The notes beneath the pieces are model-generated. The model was not told where the DNA came from and did not search any database. It saw only the letters and a list, made by a program, of their open reading frames with translations. Position numbers and translations under genes: made by a program. DNA of 63,954 nucleotides, counting the filler, from Bigelowiella natans CCMP2755 (Eukaryota > Protista > Cercozoa), in NCBI GenBank assembly GCA_000320545.1. It is 8 parts of 8 records of this genome, joined end to end, with 100 filler letters (N's around TTAATTAATTAA, not from the genome) between each part and the next. Parts side by side here need not be neighbours in the genome. Positions count along the whole stretch, not along the records: positions 59,337 to 62,575 come from ADNK01001975.1; positions 62,676 to 63,954 come from ADNK01001875.1; 6 more parts are not named here. One strand, 5' to 3'. Shown one piece after another: positions 61,448-63,954 of this stretch. Within the stretch, counting starts at the first letter, position 1, and each line of letters starts with the position of its first letter.

Positions 61448-62575
61448 TCATATACATGTCAACAATTCTTCAGGCTCCAGCCCTGCAAGACGCGCTACTC
61501 GTGGATCACTCCACGCCCTTCTTGAAGGGCCCTCTTGCATCCTCCCCGGCTGTGTTAGCGCATCGCCAAGTTCTGTCCAGATATTGCTTATCTCCTCGCG
61601 CTGGCGTTCTTGCTTGGAATCGCAGTTGACCCCGTTAGTGGAAGAATTGTAGCTCGCGGAAGAGTCCGAATGTCCTGATGATTTCCACGAAACACATTCA
61701 TTGATCAAAGTGTATTTGGCTGCATCTACCGCGGCAGAAAATAGATGTTGTTCTAGGTGCGTATGTACTAGGACCATTGAAATATGAATAGAATGAGAGT
61801 TAGTTTTCCTCCCGTCGGCAACTTTTTGGCAATAGTGGCTCTTCATTAGAAAATATACGAACGGGAAGAGAGATGTGGCAGCAGATACAACATGAAACGA
61901 AGCGAGTTCTATTTGTGTCATGTTTGCTTTGCAGGCACCTTTCTTATTCTTCTCCTCCTTCTGCTGCTGTTCTTCTCCCTCGTACTTGTTGAGGCGATTG
62001 GTCACTTCATCTGCTGTCTTTAGGAGGGCCTCTACAACCATGTCTCTTCGCCCCGAGCTGGAGTTAGTTTGGGATGTTCTGGGGCGAGTTTCTAGAACAG
62101 ACGGTGCAAATAAGGAGGCGTCCATCTTCGTGCGCTCACTTATCTCTCTCGGCATTTTATACGTGTAGATGTCGCCGTTGCCTAGTCCTGTTTGAAATTG
62201 TTGCGGCGTTTAAGATACACAAGTTACTGTCGTTTTCTCTATCAATCATACTAGATATTAATTCGCCATGTGTGGCGGAGGTGCATATGCTATGCACGCG
62301 GGGGGGGGGGGGGGGGGGGGGTTAACAAAAAGAACTACTCCCCTTCGATTGTGCCAAAAAGTCCTTCGTCTTTTTGTCTAATTTAATGCTTATAAAAGCT
62401 GCCCCCCCCCCACTTTTAAAACCATAAACTGGAATTCTAACTCCGTAAGCGAACTTAATGCCACACCGATGATGATTAGGATGAGTGTCACCAGCATGCC
62501 CGGGCGCGTGCGCCTTCCACGCAGTAGAAAGGACAACAATACTGTCAAAATGGAGAGGAAGCCTTGATAGTCTGC
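61448..62575 (-). CDS. 3' part of a hypothetical multi-exon protein
   Basis: Exon-like segments PREISERTKMDASLFAPSVLE...KEEKNKK and AVDAAKYTLINECVSW...LAGLEPEELLTCI*. No family recognised. Confidence 0.45.
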
Positions 62576-62675
62576 NNNNNNNNNNNNNNNNNNNNNNNNN
62601 NNNNNNNNNNNNNNNNNNNTTAATTAATTAANNNNNNNNNNNNNNNNNNNNNNNNNNNNNNNNNNNNNNNNNNNN
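62576..62675. other. Artificial contig spacer
   Basis: N44-TTAATTAATTAA-N44. Confidence 0.98.
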
Positions 62676-62855
62676 TATCGCCTCTTCCGGAACGTAGTTA
62701 AACCTGAGAGGGGGGGGCCTAACCTGAGAGAAAGAGAGAGAGAGAGAAAGAGGGGGGGGGGGGGGAGAGAATGGTGATGATGACGATGACGATGATGATG
62801 ATGATGATGATGATGTTCGACTAGTGTAAGTGTGTGCGCCGTGTGGGTTTTGCGT

Positions 62856-62897
<42 letters not shown>

Positions 62898-63862
62898 GTG
62901 ACATGTATGCACACTTCTCACCCATTTCGTAAGTCCACAGCCGCACCTGAAGCACCAAACATCAAATATCAGCGAGTGAAAGATCTGCATAAGAAGCTAC
63001 ACTAGAATAACAAATTCTGTCATCCAATTCAATGATTACATGGAGCCCTCCCATCCCCCCCCCAAAATACAGCCTGGCGGTGCACAGCAGTTAGTTCGTT
63101 GGTCCGTACCGAGATCGAGCATTTTGAGCTTGCCAGACTCGGATACGAGAATGTTGTCAGGCTTCACATCCTGCAAATATAATCAAAACATATATAATAT
63201 TTGCATCAGATCAGCATCCTCCTCCTCCTCCTCCTCCTCACTGTCATATGAGTAGAAGTAGAAATTGTGAATACGATTACCCTGTGGATGATGCCGGCGT
63301 CGTGCATAGCCTTCACGTTCTGCAGCAGTTGGCGCGTGAGCTCCTTAACGACCCGAGCTTCGCGCTCCACCTGCACATCATCATCATCATCATCATCTTC
63401 ATCATCATCTTCATCATCATCTTCATCATCATCTTCATCATGCCCTGGAATAACTTGTATTGTTGTTCGTCAGCGCGTTTTCGTGACACAAATCTCTCAC
63501 ACTCACACCAAGGAGAGAACTTTGCATTCTTTTATTTCTCCAGTCAGTCAGTAGATTCTGTCTAATCATCGCATCACCTTCGTGCCCTTCTGCTCTCGTT
63601 TGAATAGAATCGTCTCCATGTTCAGTGGGAAGTCACTGAGGGAGGGGGGGGGGGGGGGTTTAAAAACTGAACTACACGCCAACTTTATAACATATATGAA
63701 TCATGCATGATCATCCTACATGTGTTTGATGAATACAATACGCAGTAATGTTAGGCTTCTACTTCCTCTATGAGATGTGGGTTCATCGGTGTGGTGGTGG
63801 TGGTGGTGGTGGTGGTGATGAGCACGCTCCTGACCGTTCCGAAAGATAGTCTCCCAACGTGC
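62676..63862 (-). CDS. STN7: STN7/STN8/Stt7-family thylakoid state-transition kinase, internal fragment (exons 63835-63862, 63578-63635, 63281-63370, 63110-63170, 62922-62946, 62676-62703)
   Basis: Spliced in frame: [96 protein letters not shown]. DLGAAxDLRxGxNYxP and FPxNxE are STN7-family signatures. Confidence 0.88.
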
Positions 63863-63898
63863 CTATTGATGGTGGGTGGAGGAGAGAGAACGTATATG

Positions 63899-63942
<44 letters not shown>

Positions 63943-63954
63943 TCGTGTTGTGTC

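Overview
Eukaryotic nuclear DNA from a draft assembly. Eight contigs are joined by seven artificial 100-bp spacers (N44-TTAATTAATTAA-N44), so adjacency across spacers is not biological. Genes are dense and mostly split by short GT-AG introns, many filled with microsatellites, so the ORF track misses most real proteins. All gene models here were spliced by hand. Recognisable products: ankyrin-repeat protein, C2H2 zinc-finger protein, DRC3/LRRC48-like protein, secreted flavin L-amino-acid/amine oxidase, intronless old yellow enzyme, GT25 glycosyltransferase, intronless casein kinase 1, glutathione reductase (3' part), GPR155-like membrane protein (3' part), PH-domain protein, SAM plus tandem beta-domain protein, MFS transporter, Rap1-type Myb protein with a signal peptide, MntP/YtaF membrane protein, thioredoxin with a long presequence, TNFAIP8-like protein, the 5' end of an LTR retrotransposon, and an STN7/Stt7 thylakoid kinase fragment. 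The STN7 kinase, bipartite-looking presequences and intron density suggest an alga with a secondary green plastid, most likely a chlorarachniophyte (inference). Three observations stand out. (1) Recurrent ~1-kb islands, mostly downstream of gene 3' ends, are extremely rich in CTAG/CATG/TGCA and poor in CCGG, which suggests a position-specific cytosine methylation/deamination (RIP-like) process. (2) The thioredoxin presequence ends in the exact ubiquitin C-terminus LRLRGG, split by an intron. (3) A Rap1-like Myb protein carries a signal peptide and is a candidate nucleomorph-targeted chromatin or telomere factor.
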